A stretch of 64,000 bases of DNA from the NCBI GenBank assembly GCA_051294905.1, contig CM119372.1, positions 36,828,001-36,892,000 on the forward strand, in the 5' to 3' direction. Numbering within the stretch: the first letter of the stretch is position 1; each line of letters begins with the position of its first letter. The notes beneath the pieces were generated by a model, which ran no database searches, was not told the origin of the DNA, and saw only the letters and a list, made by a program, of their open reading frames with translations. This document shows, piece by piece, positions 63,379 to 64,000 of the stretch. The translations under genes were made by a program, and so were the position numbers. The stretch is from Botryllus schlosseri. Its lineage: Eukaryota.

Positions 63379-64000
63379 CTGTAATATATATTATGCTCCC
63401 CACTAGCATTCAATATGTTTTATATCCCGCTTGTGCATCATTAGGTGATTTAGACTTCGTTGGAACTGCCTAAATAAAAGTTTCTTGGGGATATCAAACT
63501 GTCCCTTGTTCTCGTAGAAGTGATGTAACGACATTCTAGATATCACTTCGGAGTCAGATTCATATAGTCCCTAATTGGTCTGTTACGTTACTTAGAAACT
63601 ACGAGTCAATGTAGATGGCCAAACCACACTGAATCTCATCGACAATTTTACTGCAACTAGTAATTGTAAGTTTGTTTAGCAACTATTCGGCACATATCTT
63701 CATGCCGTCAAAAGTTTTTTCCTCACTACATTGTATGCGCTCCGACCTCGGTGATGGTATAGCTTTCTGACTCAATTTTAACAGTATAGGGATTTTTGTT
63801 CGGTTTAGGTGGGAATCCTATTTTTGCGTAATTTATTAAATACGGTTATGATGCGGAATACGGCCTGTTGACGTGTGCTTTTGGAAAGTAACTTCTTAGT
63901 GAAAGATGCTTATTAGTGTCACTTTCTCAAACGTCGTAAAACCATAGTGTTCTATTTGGTGTGGGCACAACCAAATCTCACGGCTCGGTGAAATTAATTC

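Overview
Eukaryotic (animal) genomic DNA, AT-rich, with many 56-100 bp introns and dense transposon content; a marine invertebrate such as an ascidian is plausible but is only an inference. The minus strand carries a tandem cluster of DBH-like copper monooxygenase (MOXD1-type) genes, reconstructed by hand from splice sites. Copy B has 15 coding exons (55243-63378), and its first exon was not found. Copy A has 13 coding exons (653-17969) and probably runs off the left edge. Both keep all six copper ligands and share a non-canonical GC donor. Between them is a third paralog reduced to signal peptide plus DOMON domain (32615-40039), and a low-confidence multi-exon gene for a secreted protein (about 45318-52768). 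The GC intron of copy A (11.4 kb) holds a decayed Charlie/SPIN-type hAT transposon. This is interrupted by a full-length, intact I-group (Nimb-like) LINE with a 12-bp TSD and by two MITEs. Elsewhere there are a decayed Tx1/L1-type LINE, a 5'-truncated Penelope-like element, many hAT derivatives with 8-bp TSDs, a foldback element with a TTAGGG-containing minisatellite, and a possible tRNA-derived SINE. No CRISPR array, rRNA gene or intact tRNA gene was found.
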